From the IMG/VR virus record IMGVR_UViG_3300035696_000009: 27,677 nt of DNA. The stretch is one strand, 5' to 3'. This stretch comes from an uncultured virus (IMG/VR IMGVR_UViG_3300035696_000009). Taxonomy: Duplodnaviria; Heunggongvirae; Uroviricota; Caudoviricetes. The notes beneath the pieces are model-generated. The model had not been told where the DNA came from. It saw nothing but the letters and a program-made list of their open reading frames with translations, and did no database searches. Below, in pieces: positions 16,097-23,731 of the stretch. Both the position numbers and the translations under genes were made by a program. Numbering within the stretch: position 1 is the first letter of the stretch; each line of letters begins with the position of its first letter.

Positions 16097-16567
16097 TCAA
16101 CCGGAGGTGAGCGCCTGCATCGTCCGGATGTCCATCTCACCGGTCGTCTGGAGGCCGTTCTGGGCCTGGAAAGCGTGGATCGCGACCGAGGTAGAGCCTC
16201 CGGGGATGCCGTCGCCGGCGACCCCGAGCTGCCTCTGGATCTGGGCGATGATCCGGCGGTCGCCGTTCTGCCAGTGCGCGAGGAGCCACGCCGGGTAGAG
16301 GCTCCGGCGCGAGACGGGATCGAGACGCGGGTCGGTTCGCGGGTCGAGGTTGTAGGTCATCTGGCCCGGGAGCGCGGGCTCGAGTTGCGACGGGAGCTGG
16401 CCGGTCCAGTGGCCCGGGACGTACTTGTGACCGAGGAGCAGGGCGACGGCCAAGGCGCTCCCGCCGCCCCAGAGCACGCCCTCCCAGACGCTCTTCTTCT
16501 TCGCGTGCGTGATGAGCCCGCCGACGGCGGCTGCCAGGACCACGGGTGTTGGGTTCATCCTCTCCAT
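16097..16567 (-). CDS. Membrane-anchored peptidoglycan-binding (PG_binding_1-like) protein
   Basis: Two N-terminal TM helices; IQRQLGVAGDGIPGGSTSVAIHAFQAQNGLQTTG. Confidence 0.85.
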   Translation of the reverse strand: MERMNPTPVVLAAAVGGLITHAKKKSVWEGVLWGGGSALAVALLLGHKYVPGHWTGQLPSQLEPALPGQMTYNLDPRTDPRLDPVSRRSLYPAWLLAHWQNGDRRIIAQIQRQLGVAGDGIPGGSTSVAIHAFQAQNGLQTTGEMDIRTMQALTSG

Positions 16568-16637
16568 CTCGTCCACCTCTCGTTTGGAACAGTCTAGCGC
16601 AGCTCGGGCCGCGGCCTCGAATCCGCAGAATTCTTCC

Positions 16638-18086
16638 TCAGCCCCACCAGGGCAAATACGATTCTTCCGCGGCCCAATAGCCGCTCGACGCGTGCGCAGA
16701 AGCAGACCGATGGATCGGAGCCGCTGCCTTGCGCGACGTCGGCGCCGCGGCGCCCTGGCGGACCGCGAGCTGCCCGAGCCCGGCGCCGAGCATCCACACG
16801 TTCGCGTTGCCCTGGTTGTTGAACATCTTCGAGATGGCGTCGATCGTCGGCAGGTCCGTGAGCTTGCCCGCCTGGTATCCCTTGATGAACATCCCGCCCG
16901 CGGAGTTCTCGCCGAGGACCTTCTCGATCACGTGGGCTTCCTGGTCCCCGATCTTGTGGAACTTCTGCGCCTTCTTCAGGATGTTCGTCCAGATCCCCGT
17001 GTAGTCGAGGTGCTCCTTCTGGCCGGCCGCGATCTGCTGGCCGAGCGTGTCGACGCCCTGGCCGAGCGCCTGCATCGCCACCGGCGGAAGCTCCGTCCCG
17101 ATGGCCTCGCCGAGCCCCTTGTTCGCGACCGTGAGGATCATCTTCGCGATCGCGGCCACGGCCTTGCTGTTGTCGTTGCCCTGGAACGCGTCGTCCGCCA
17201 TCCCGGCGAGCGTGCCGAGGTACGGGGAGGCCTGCGAGAGCGCGGAGCCCACGGCCGCCGCGTAGCCGGTGAGCTGCATCGCGAAGCCGACGAGCTGCAG
17301 CGTCGACTGGAGGATCGACCCGAACTGGCCCGCGACGTCCTTGTCCCAGCTAAAACCTTCGCCGCCCCACCCCGGGTGCTCCCCCGCCTTGACGGGGCCC
17401 TTCCTCTCCCGCTCGATCGCCGCCGGGTCCTGCGTCTCCCACGTGTGCACGGACGGGTCGCGGAAATAGTAGTGGTTGTTCGGGTTGAGCAGGTTCTGCA
17501 GGTTCGCGCGATCGTACTCGACCATCTTCATCCGGTCGTGGTCGTAGTAGTAGATCCGGATCGGGTTCTTGTCGTAGCTCGGCTTCGGCAAGGCCCCGAG
17601 CTTCATGCGCCTGCCGATCGCCCCCTGCACGGCCTTGTCCATCTCGGCCCACGTCATGCGACCGCCGCCCTTCCTCCAGACGGGCGCGTTCTTGTTCTCG
17701 TAGGCCGCGATGAGCTGCGTCGGGTCGTAGTCCTCTTTCTGTTTGACCCCGAACGCGCTCTTGACCGCACCGTCGTCGACCCACGAGCGCGTGGCGTCGT
17801 CGTGGTAGTAGTCCGTCAGCACGGCGCGCGCCTGGGCGGCGGGGCTCGCGTTCGGGTTGAACGACGCCATGACCTCGATGGGGTGCGGCGGCGGGACCCA
17901 GCCCGCGAGCATCCGGCCTGCGCCGCCGCGCGAGTGGAGCCACGCGCCGCCGAGCGCCCCGAGGAGCGCGCCCGCCGCGACGGGTATGCCGTATTTCTCG
18001 CGCCGCGAGTGCGCGAGCGCGAGCGCGATGGCCGCGCCCACGATGCTCCCCCTCGCTGCGCTGTTCAGGACCGCGCCCCGCGCCAT
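16638..18086 (-). CDS. Large hypothetical protein with N-terminal glycine-zipper TM pair (482 aa)
   Basis: Long GC3-biased ORF; GALLGALGG helix; TAGACT 6 nt before ATG. Confidence 0.85.
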   Translation of the reverse strand: MARGAVLNSAARGSIVGAAIALALAHSRREKYGIPVAAGALLGALGGAWLHSRGGAGRMLAGWVPPPHPIEVMASFNPNASPAAQARAVLTDYYHDDATRSWVDDGAVKSAFGVKQKEDYDPTQLIAAYENKNAPVWRKGGGRMTWAEMDKAVQGAIGRRMKLGALPKPSYDKNPIRIYYYDHDRMKMVEYDRANLQNLLNPNNHYYFRDPSVHTWETQDPAAIERERKGPVKAGEHPGWGGEGFSWDKDVAGQFGSILQSTLQLVGFAMQLTGYAAAVGSALSQASPYLGTLAGMADDAFQGNDNSKAVAAIAKMILTVANKGLGEAIGTELPPVAMQALGQGVDTLGQQIAAGQKEHLDYTGIWTNILKKAQKFHKIGDQEAHVIEKVLGENSAGGMFIKGYQAGKLTDLPTIDAISKMFNNQGNANVWMLGAGLGQLAVRQGAAAPTSRKAAAPIHRSASAHASSGYWAAEESYLPWWG

Positions 18087-18146
18087 GGGGCCAGTCTATC
18101 GCATCTCGGCCGGGCACCCCTCATCGCCGAAAATCCGCGCGCCCGA

Positions 18147-18503
18147 TCATCTCCCCGCGTCCGGCGGCACCTTGATGGCTTCCGCGATCACATTCGCGAG
18201 GAGCTTGCGGTCTTCGGGCGAGAGGCGGACCTCGATCGGCTTCGGGCACCACTCGAGGCACTCGCGGTTGCCGTGGGCGAAGAGGTGATCTTCCTCGCGC
18301 CGCACGCACTCGCCCGGCTCACACTCGCGCGGGGGCGGGAGTTTGCACCAACCGAGCTGCACGAGCGCGAAGCACAAGATCGGGATGCCGACGAGGAGCC
18401 GCATCCCCGCGCAGTTCGGACACGAGATGGGGTCCGAGAACATGTCGTTGTGCTCGTGCTCGGGCTCGGGCTCGCGGCGCGTGTTTCTCCGGTACGGGCC
18501 CAT
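18147..18503 (-). CDS. Membrane-anchored Cys-rich protein
   Basis: TGATG overlap; PYR N-terminus; CPNC; TM helix. Confidence 0.7.
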   Translation of the reverse strand: MGPYRRNTRREPEPEHEHNDMFSDPISCPNCAGMRLLVGIPILCFALVQLGWCKLPPPRECEPGECVRREEDHLFAHGNRECLEWCPKPIEVRLSPEDRKLLANVIAEAIKVPPDAGR

Positions 18504-18697
18504 CACTCGCCCGGGAACTTGCACAAGTCGCGGTCGAGTCTCCGCCGCGCGCGCCGTAACCCCTTCTTCCGGCCCCACCGCCACATCGCGTGCCGCGCCT
18601 TGTCCCGGTAGCAGGGGATCATCCCGGCGTGCAGGCCGCGCCAGAGCGACATGCTCTCATGGTGCTTGGCCTGGTTGTAGCAGTGGCCGGCGCTCAT
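18503..18697 (-). CDS. Small basic hypothetical protein
   Basis: Immediately downstream of tmRNA; RRARRR motif. Confidence 0.6.
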   Translation of the reverse strand: MSAGHCYNQAKHHESMSLWRGLHAGMIPCYRDKARHAMWRWGRKKGLRRARRRLDRDLCKFPGE

Positions 18698-18725
18698 GCT
18701 CTGCTCTTTCCGCCGCTCTTCTTCA

Positions 18726-19103
18726 TGGTGGACCTGCCCGGTACTGCCCCGGGGTCCGCCGAGCCTTGTTCCCAGTCTTCTACGTGCGTAGTCGGATGAT
18801 CGGCTGCACCGACACAGGGGGATGCCGGGTTGCCTCGGCTACCTCCACCAGCGCAGTTTAGGGAGAGCGCGCTCCTGCCCGCTTGATCTCGCCATGGGTC
18901 GCGAGCGCTCCCCGTGGCCAAGCTCCCGTCGGGTTCACACCGGCCGAGGTACTGGAACACCTACTCGGCACGGCGGCTCAGGCTGCTTGCGCGGCCGGGG
19001 CGATTGCGTTGTCGTTCGCAATTACGGTTGCCCGCTTGGGTGGGGCGGGCGCCACTGCACGCTGACCAGGATCTCCTCTCGCCGTCGAATCTATTTCAGG
19101 CCC
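18726..19103 (-). ncRNA. ssrA: tmRNA (one-piece, 378 nt)
   Basis: 5' GGGCCTGAAATAGATTCGAC; 3' CAGGTCCACCA; 7-bp acceptor stem with G3.U70; T-arm CCCGG-GGCAGTA-CCGGG; pk1 GTGG/CCAC plus GCCCGC/GCGGGC; tag frame present. Confidence 0.97.
18978..19019 (-). other. tmRNA tag reading frame (A)ANDNAIAPAAQAA*
   Basis: GTAATT then GCG AAC GAC AAC...GCA GCC TGA. Confidence 0.92.
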
Positions 19104-19107
19104 GTGG

Positions 19108-19130
19108 GACGAGGGGAGAATCCCCTCGTC
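19108..19130. other. 10-bp perfect hairpin between tRNA and tmRNA
   Basis: GACGAGGGGA-gaa-TCCCCTCGTC. Confidence 0.8.
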
Positions 19131-19206
19131 GGTTGCGGACACCCGGAGTCGAACCGAGCCTTCACAAGCTTATGAGGCTTGTATGGAACCGCGCCACTCG
19201 TCCGCA
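19131..19206 (-). tRNA. Atypical tRNA with CAU anticodon (Met/fMet/Ile2 identity unresolved)
   Basis: TGCGGAC...GTCCGCA-A-CC; anticodon arm ACAAGC-CTCATAA-GCTTGT; T-arm CTCGG-TTCGACT-CCGGG; short D-arm. Confidence 0.85.
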
Positions 19207-19221
19207 TCAACGAGGGGAAGC

Positions 19222-19563
19222 CTAGCTCGGCTCGCCCTTGTCATCAACAGCGGCAGCCTCGGCCCGTCTCAACCGATCGGCTTTCCAGGCGTGCCCGATG
19301 CGCCTGTCGGGCGGCCTGTCCTTGAGCGCGTTCCTCAACCGGATCGCGACGTCCGAGGCCGTGACGGGCGTGCCGTTCTCACTCCTCGCGAGGCCGCGAT
19401 CGATCCCCGTGACGGTCACCGTTTGCCACTTGCCGTAGGCGTGCCTCGCGTGGATGTGCACCACGCCCGGCGACGCCCAGAAAGCCGCGACTTCGAGGTC
19501 CTTGAGCACGGTGCACCGGAGCACGCGGTGGACGAAGTCGAGGGCCTCGGCGCGCGCCGCCAT
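19222..19563 (-). CDS. Hypothetical protein
   Basis: Preceded by TGGACT-17-TAGTCG-7-ATG; stop 15 nt before tRNA. Confidence 0.7.
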   Translation of the reverse strand: MAARAEALDFVHRVLRCTVLKDLEVAAFWASPGVVHIHARHAYGKWQTVTVTGIDRGLARSENGTPVTASDVAIRLRNALKDRPPDRRIGHAWKADRLRRAEAAAVDDKGEPS

Positions 19564-19602
19564 CGTTCTTCGACTAGCTGCTCGCGCGCCGGGAGTCCAG
19601 CC

Positions 19603-19875
19603 TCAACGGCGTCTCTTTTTCTCCGGCCCGAGGATCGCGAAGCGGTGCCTGCCGCCGGCGAGGCGCGTGCCGCAACCGTCGCACGTCGTACGCGAGAACT
19701 CCTCCATGCCCTCGCCCGTCTCCGAGTCAAAGTCGGGCACGAGGTGCGGTCCGAGCGCGTTCACGCCCTTGACGACCCTCTTCTCGTCCTCGTCGGGGAT
19801 GCCCGACGTGTCGCCGTTGACCGCGTAGATCGTGCAGTCGTCGCAGAGCCAGAGGTCGTCCTGTACCACTCTCAT
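19603..19875 (-). CDS. Conserved phage Zn-binding protein
   Basis: GAGGAG RBS; CDDC...NG...FSxxxCDGCGxxLAGxR. Confidence 0.8.
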   Translation of the reverse strand: MRVVQDDLWLCDDCTIYAVNGDTSGIPDEDEKRVVKGVNALGPHLVPDFDSETGEGMEEFSRTTCDGCGTRLAGGRHRFAILGPEKKRRR

Positions 19876-19885
19876 CGTGATCTCC

Positions 19886-20140
19886 TCACGCGAAGCTGTC
19901 GCGCCGCACTTCCCGCTCACGCTCGCGCGTCGCCCACAAGAGGCCGGCCGCAGCGAGCCCCGCCACGAGGCCGATCGTCGCGTCCCGCTTGTGCCGCTCC
20001 CACGCCGCAAGCGCCTGGAGGTCGCGCTCGAGGAGGTGGTCCCGCGGGACGTCGGGCTTCCTGAGGACCGTGACCGCGAAGTAGCCGGTCCCCACGCCCG
20101 CGAAGAGCAGCGGGAGCATCGCGTCCTTCGGTAGCGTCAT
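19886..20140 (-). CDS. Small two-TM membrane protein
   Basis: Two hydrophobic helices; TTGCGG-17-GATGAT-6-ATG. Confidence 0.75.
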   Translation of the reverse strand: MTLPKDAMLPLLFAGVGTGYFAVTVLRKPDVPRDHLLERDLQALAAWERHKRDATIGLVAGLAAAGLLWATREREREVRRDSFA

Positions 20141-20187
20141 GGGCCCATCATCGCCCGGCCGCGGGGCGCCCGCAACTTCCGCAGAAC

Positions 20188-20679
20188 CTACCCGCCGTCG
20201 GGCGGCGGCGTGACGATGGGCTGGCCGCCGGGCTGCATCGCGCAGAGATCCTTGTACTCCTCGATCTGCCTCGTCGACACGTTGATCTTGTGCAGCTCGT
20301 CGATGTAGCGCTTGGCCACCATGAGCGAAAAGTCCACCGTCTGCGCGATGTCGAGCTTGGGCGCCGCGGAGAACTCGCTCTCCTTGATGGATTTGAGCGC
20401 GTCCTTCGTCAGTATCGAGACGAGCACGTTGATGGCGACCGAATTTATCTCTTGTTGATATTTGATACGGGCGCCGTGCGCGAGCAGGCGCTCCGTGTGG
20501 GCCTCCATCTCGCGGCGCTGCTGCTCCATCTCGCGGTTGTGCTTTTCGAGCGCCGCGGTCTCCGCCTTGAGCCTTTCGGCCTCGTCCTCGAAGGCGGCCC
20601 CGCGCTCGCGGATCGCCTCGGTCGTCTTCCTGTACGCCTCGAGCTGCTCCGGCGTCATGGGGCCCTCGTGCTGTTCCAT
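20188..20679 (-). CDS. Coiled-coil hypothetical protein
   Basis: E/R/K-rich heptads in N-terminal half. Confidence 0.8.
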   Translation of the reverse strand: MEQHEGPMTPEQLEAYRKTTEAIRERGAAFEDEAERLKAETAALEKHNREMEQQRREMEAHTERLLAHGARIKYQQEINSVAINVLVSILTKDALKSIKESEFSAAPKLDIAQTVDFSLMVAKRYIDELHKINVSTRQIEEYKDLCAMQPGGQPIVTPPPDGG

Positions 20680-20694
20680 CGCGCCGAGCTTACC

Positions 20695-21279
20695 TCAATT
20701 CGGCCCGCGGCGGTCCTCGGCCGGCGGCATCCCGAGCGGCATGGGCGGGTCCTCGAACCAGATCCAGTAGTGCACGTCGTTCGGGGGCGTCGTCTCGAAG
20801 GGCGTCTTGAGGGAGTCCGGCGGCGCGCCGACGGCGTACGCCATCTGCCCGAGGAAGCGCCAGTCCGCCTCCGTCGAGCTTCGCCCGCGCGGGTGGAGCG
20901 ACGCGGAGAAGATCCACTCGCGGCTGAGGAGCTGGTCGGCGCCGTGGGCCTTCGCCTCCTCGAGCATCCGGAGGAACTCGTCGTACGACGAGGGTTTGTT
21001 CTTGAACCCGAACTTGTCCATGACGGAGTCGCCGAGGCGCTCCCACACCTCGCGGGTGGGCGTCGGGACCGGCCCGTGCGACAGGCCGAACTTCCAGCCG
21101 CTCGCCACCCGGAAAGCTGGCGGGCCGCCGCCCTTCTTGCGGGTCAGCTCGGCCTCTTTCCGCATCGAGCTGGCGACGAGGTCCAGCGTCCGTGCGCTCG
21201 CATCCGCCGGGGCGAGCCCTCCCGGCTTCGTGTTTCCCGCCTTGCGCTCACGCTTCGTTTTGCGCTTCTCGCGCTTCAT
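20695..21279 (-). CDS. Hypothetical protein (194 aa)
   Basis: GC3 bias; packing. Confidence 0.75.
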   Translation of the reverse strand: MKREKRKTKRERKAGNTKPGGLAPADASARTLDLVASSMRKEAELTRKKGGGPPAFRVASGWKFGLSHGPVPTPTREVWERLGDSVMDKFGFKNKPSSYDEFLRMLEEAKAHGADQLLSREWIFSASLHPRGRSSTEADWRFLGQMAYAVGAPPDSLKTPFETTPPNDVHYWIWFEDPPMPLGMPPAEDRRGPN

Positions 21280-21286
21280 GCGTAGC

Positions 21287-21490
21287 TCACTCCCTCACGA
21301 GCCTGTACCGGTGGAGCTTGTAGTCGAACCGGTCGTAGTCGCCGCTCTTGAACATGGGGAACTCGGGCTCGCCCGTCCCATTGGGATCTGCGAACCAGAT
21401 GCGCCACTCTTTGCGCTCGCGGTCCCAGTAGAGGTAGACGTGGTCGCCCGGCGGCGCGTCGTCCTCGAATTTCGTCAAGCTGTTCGACAT
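21287..21490 (-). CDS. Hypothetical protein
   Basis: GC3 bias; packing. Confidence 0.7.
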   Translation of the reverse strand: MSNSLTKFEDDAPPGDHVYLYWDRERKEWRIWFADPNGTGEPEFPMFKSGDYDRFDYKLHRYRLVRE

Positions 21491-21499
21491 TCTTAGGCC

Positions 21500-21721
21500 T
21501 CAAGACTCGTAGAACTCAGCCACGGTCTCGAGGAGGGACTGCTCGACGGTCTCGCGCGGCGCGCCGTGCTTCGCCGCGAGCTTGATGCCCGTCTTCATGA
21601 GGAAGCCCGCGATGGTCCCGGCGCGCAGGACCTCGTCCATCCCCGGCGTGAGCTTCTTGGCGTTCTCGATCACACGCGCGAAGTTCGCGTCGAGGTACTC
21701 GTGGAGATCGAATTCCGGCAT
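21500..21721 (-). CDS. Hypothetical protein
   Basis: GAGG RBS. Confidence 0.75.
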   Translation of the reverse strand: MPEFDLHEYLDANFARVIENAKKLTPGMDEVLRAGTIAGFLMKTGIKLAAKHGAPRETVEQSLLETVAEFYES

Positions 21722-21728
21722 GCCGTCC

Positions 21729-22016
21729 TCACTTCTTCTTGGTGCACCGGCAGACGAGGTACCCGTCCTTCAGCTCTCCCGTCTGCTCTCCGTGCGAGCA
21801 TGACACGGCGCCGTGAGCGCCGTCGACGCTAATCACCTCCTCGCGGCAGGGCCTCCCGGCCTCGGCGCTCGCGTAGAAGGCGTGCCCGAACCAGCCCGCC
21901 GCGCACCCGATGAACGCGGCCGTCGCCATGATCGCCCAGAATCGCTTCATCGGTCCCATCCTCCTCGCCTTGTCGAGCAGCGCCCCCAAGCACGCGTTCC
22001 AGAGCAGCTCATTCAT
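21729..22016 (-). CDS. Membrane-anchored small Cys-containing protein
   Basis: TM helix followed by C..C..CxC. Confidence 0.7.
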   Translation of the reverse strand: MNELLWNACLGALLDKARRMGPMKRFWAIMATAAFIGCAAGWFGHAFYASAEAGRPCREEVISVDGAHGAVSCSHGEQTGELKDGYLVCRCTKKK

Positions 22017-22530
22017 CGCCCTTTCCCTCGTGGCGCTCGATGATGAACTCGGGCGCGCTCGGGCCTCGCCACCGCATGAGGGCGATCGCGACGTCTAGGT
22101 TCGACGGGAACCGGTCGTGGCGCCACGCGGTGCCGGCGAAGACCGGGCGGGGCGTGTGGTCGTTCATGTAGACCTGGACGACGTGCGCCCCGCCCGTCTG
22201 CTCGGGCTCGCACTCGTAGATCTTGCACCGCACGATCCTGGCCTTGCAGATCTCGTCCTGCGCGGCCCCGAGGTCCTCCTCGCCCTCGTCGAGGCCGAAG
22301 CCGATGTGGAGCCGGTCGTCGGGCTCCCCCGTCTCCTGGGCGCGCAGCTCCGCGAGCTGCTCGTCCGTGACCGGGAACCACCGGACGACCGGGCCGAGGT
22401 CCTTCGTCCCAGACCGGATGTAGACCCCGCACCGCGCGCACCTCGTGTCCGGGTGCTCGAGGAACCCGATGCTCTTGATCTCCGTCCGGAGCCTGGACGC
22501 GCACTCGTGGCAGACGAGGCGGAAGTTCAT
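22009..22530 (-). CDS. Hypothetical protein with N-terminal Zn finger
   Basis: CHEC...CARC; GGAG RBS. Confidence 0.75.
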   Translation of the reverse strand: MNFRLVCHECASRLRTEIKSIGFLEHPDTRCARCGVYIRSGTKDLGPVVRWFPVTDEQLAELRAQETGEPDDRLHIGFGLDEGEEDLGAAQDEICKARIVRCKIYECEPEQTGGAHVVQVYMNDHTPRPVFAGTAWRHDRFPSNLDVAIALMRWRGPSAPEFIIERHEGKGDE

Positions 22531-22691
22531 CGCGCTCCCCTGGGGAAAGGGAGCGCGAGCTGCGGGTCCGGCTCGCGGAGCAGGCGCTCGAACTCCAGGC
22601 GCTTCGCCCGGATCTCGTCCTCGATCTGGGAGATGCGCCGCGCGAGCTGGAGGAGCCGCTTCGCGCGCGACCGCCGCGGGTAGCGCTTCAT
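22527..22691 (-). CDS. 54-aa coiled-coil peptide ending QLALPF-PRGAR
   Basis: ATGA overlaps at both ends; below ORF-track cutoff. Confidence 0.75.
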   Translation of the reverse strand: MKRYPRRSRAKRLLQLARRISQIEDEIRAKRLEFERLLREPDPQLALPFPRGAR

Positions 22692-22981
22692 TTCTTCCCG
22701 CCCATGCCAGGGAGCACTTCGCTCTTGTGCCTGGCGACGAAGTCGCGCCCGAAGCGCGTCTTGCCGATCACGTAGTCGGCCTCAGGGTTTCCGGGGGCGG
22801 GCGTGACGCTCACCGGGTTTCCCTGGTTCCAGTCCTCGAGCGTCTCGCCCTTCCAGTACATCTCGGGGTCGAGGTCGTCGCCCAACTCCTCGAGCACGTC
22901 GTTCACCTCGTCCTCGCTCTCGGCCTCCACCGTGAGCGTGACCGTCTTGTGCAGGCGCATCTCGATCTTGAACGTCGGCAT
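22688..22981 (-). CDS. Hypothetical protein (TVEAESEDE motif)
   Basis: GAGG RBS; acidic. Confidence 0.75.
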   Translation of the reverse strand: MPTFKIEMRLHKTVTLTVEAESEDEVNDVLEELGDDLDPEMYWKGETLEDWNQGNPVSVTPAPGNPEADYVIGKTRFGRDFVARHKSEVLPGMGGKK

Positions 22982-22992
22982 CGCGGGTCCCC

Positions 22993-23175
22993 TCAGTCGT
23001 CGTCGGGCAGCGAGCTGATGAGGGACTCGCGCTCCCTCGCCAGCCAGTCGATGTGTTTCTGGATCAGCTTGGCCTCGCCCGGGCTGAGGGTCACGCTCTT
23101 GTGCTTCTTCGCGGCCTTCGCGAGCTTGTCGAGCGCCCTGCACTCGTCTTCGATGTCGTCGAGCAGCGTCGTCAT
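22993..23175 (-). CDS. Hypothetical protein
   Basis: GGAG RBS; ATGA overlap. Confidence 0.75.
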   Translation of the reverse strand: MTTLLDDIEDECRALDKLAKAAKKHKSVTLSPGEAKLIQKHIDWLARERESLISSLPDDD

Positions 23176-23483
23176 GATCGGCTCCGCTGCTCCTCGTTCT
23201 TCTTGGCGGCCTCGCACTTCTTGTCCTCGCGCTCGCGCGCTTTCTTGTCGAGCGCGGCGACGAGGCACGCAATGCCGCAGAAGTCCGAGGCGCGGTCGAT
23301 GTAGTCGGACACAAAGCCCGAGCACTCCCCGGGCCCCTGCGCGAACACGCCCGTCGCGCGCGAGATGTGGACGCGCTCGAGGATGTGCTCGGTGCCGCCG
23401 AGGCTGATCCAGCCCCGGTGCTCGTTGGGGTTCTCGACTTTCCTCCCGCAGTGGTCGCACGTCGTCATCGTGATCTGTCCCAT
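23172..23483 (-). CDS. Treble-clef-like Zn-finger protein
   Basis: AGGAGG RBS; CDHC...DFCGIAC. Confidence 0.75.
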   Translation of the reverse strand: MGQITMTTCDHCGRKVENPNEHRGWISLGGTEHILERVHISRATGVFAQGPGECSGFVSDYIDRASDFCGIACLVAALDKKAREREDKKCEAAKKNEEQRSRS

Positions 23484-23491
23484 GGGTCCTC

Positions 23492-23731
23492 CTAGTCTAC
23501 GACTCTCCGGCGCCTCGTCCGGCGCCTCTCGCGCTTGCGCATGAACGGCTCGATCTCCGCGTCGCCGGGGAAGAACTGCTTGCCGGCGTTCCTGCACTGG
23601 CTCGGCGTGCCGTCCGCGTGTTTCCTCTTGTGCCAGAACTCCGCGGCGCCCATCGGCTCGCAGTCGTCCATCACCATGCCGCAGCGGCGGCACACGGCCC
23701 TCTCTCCGCGGTCGGGGAGCCGCATCGTCAT
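23492..23731 (-). CDS. Small Zn-binding protein with Arg tail
   Basis: CRRC..H..C; ATGA overlap. Confidence 0.7.
   Translation of the reverse strand: MTMRLPDRGERAVCRRCGMVMDDCEPMGAAEFWHKRKHADGTPSQCRNAGKQFFPGDAEIEPFMRKRERRRTRRRRVVD

Noticed and set aside
16509..18611. 700-aa plus-strand ORF, and similar long ORFs 9156..11015, 5501..6871 and 8413..9588
   Set aside because: Antisense shadows of GC3-biased minus-strand genes; low-information R/A/G-rich translations
18694..18960. 88-aa ORF and other ORFs over 18590-19225
   Set aside because: They overlap the tmRNA and tRNA, which explain the sequence
18726..19206. Two-piece (permuted) tmRNA involving the upstream tRNA-like element
   Set aside because: Both acceptor strands flank the tag region in normal order, and the upstream element has its own complete cloverleaf
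19131..19206. tRNA-Sec or suppressor tRNA implying genetic-code reassignment
   Set aside because: Anticodon is CAU with no long variable arm; TGA, TAG and TAA all act as stops abutting downstream starts, consistent with code 11
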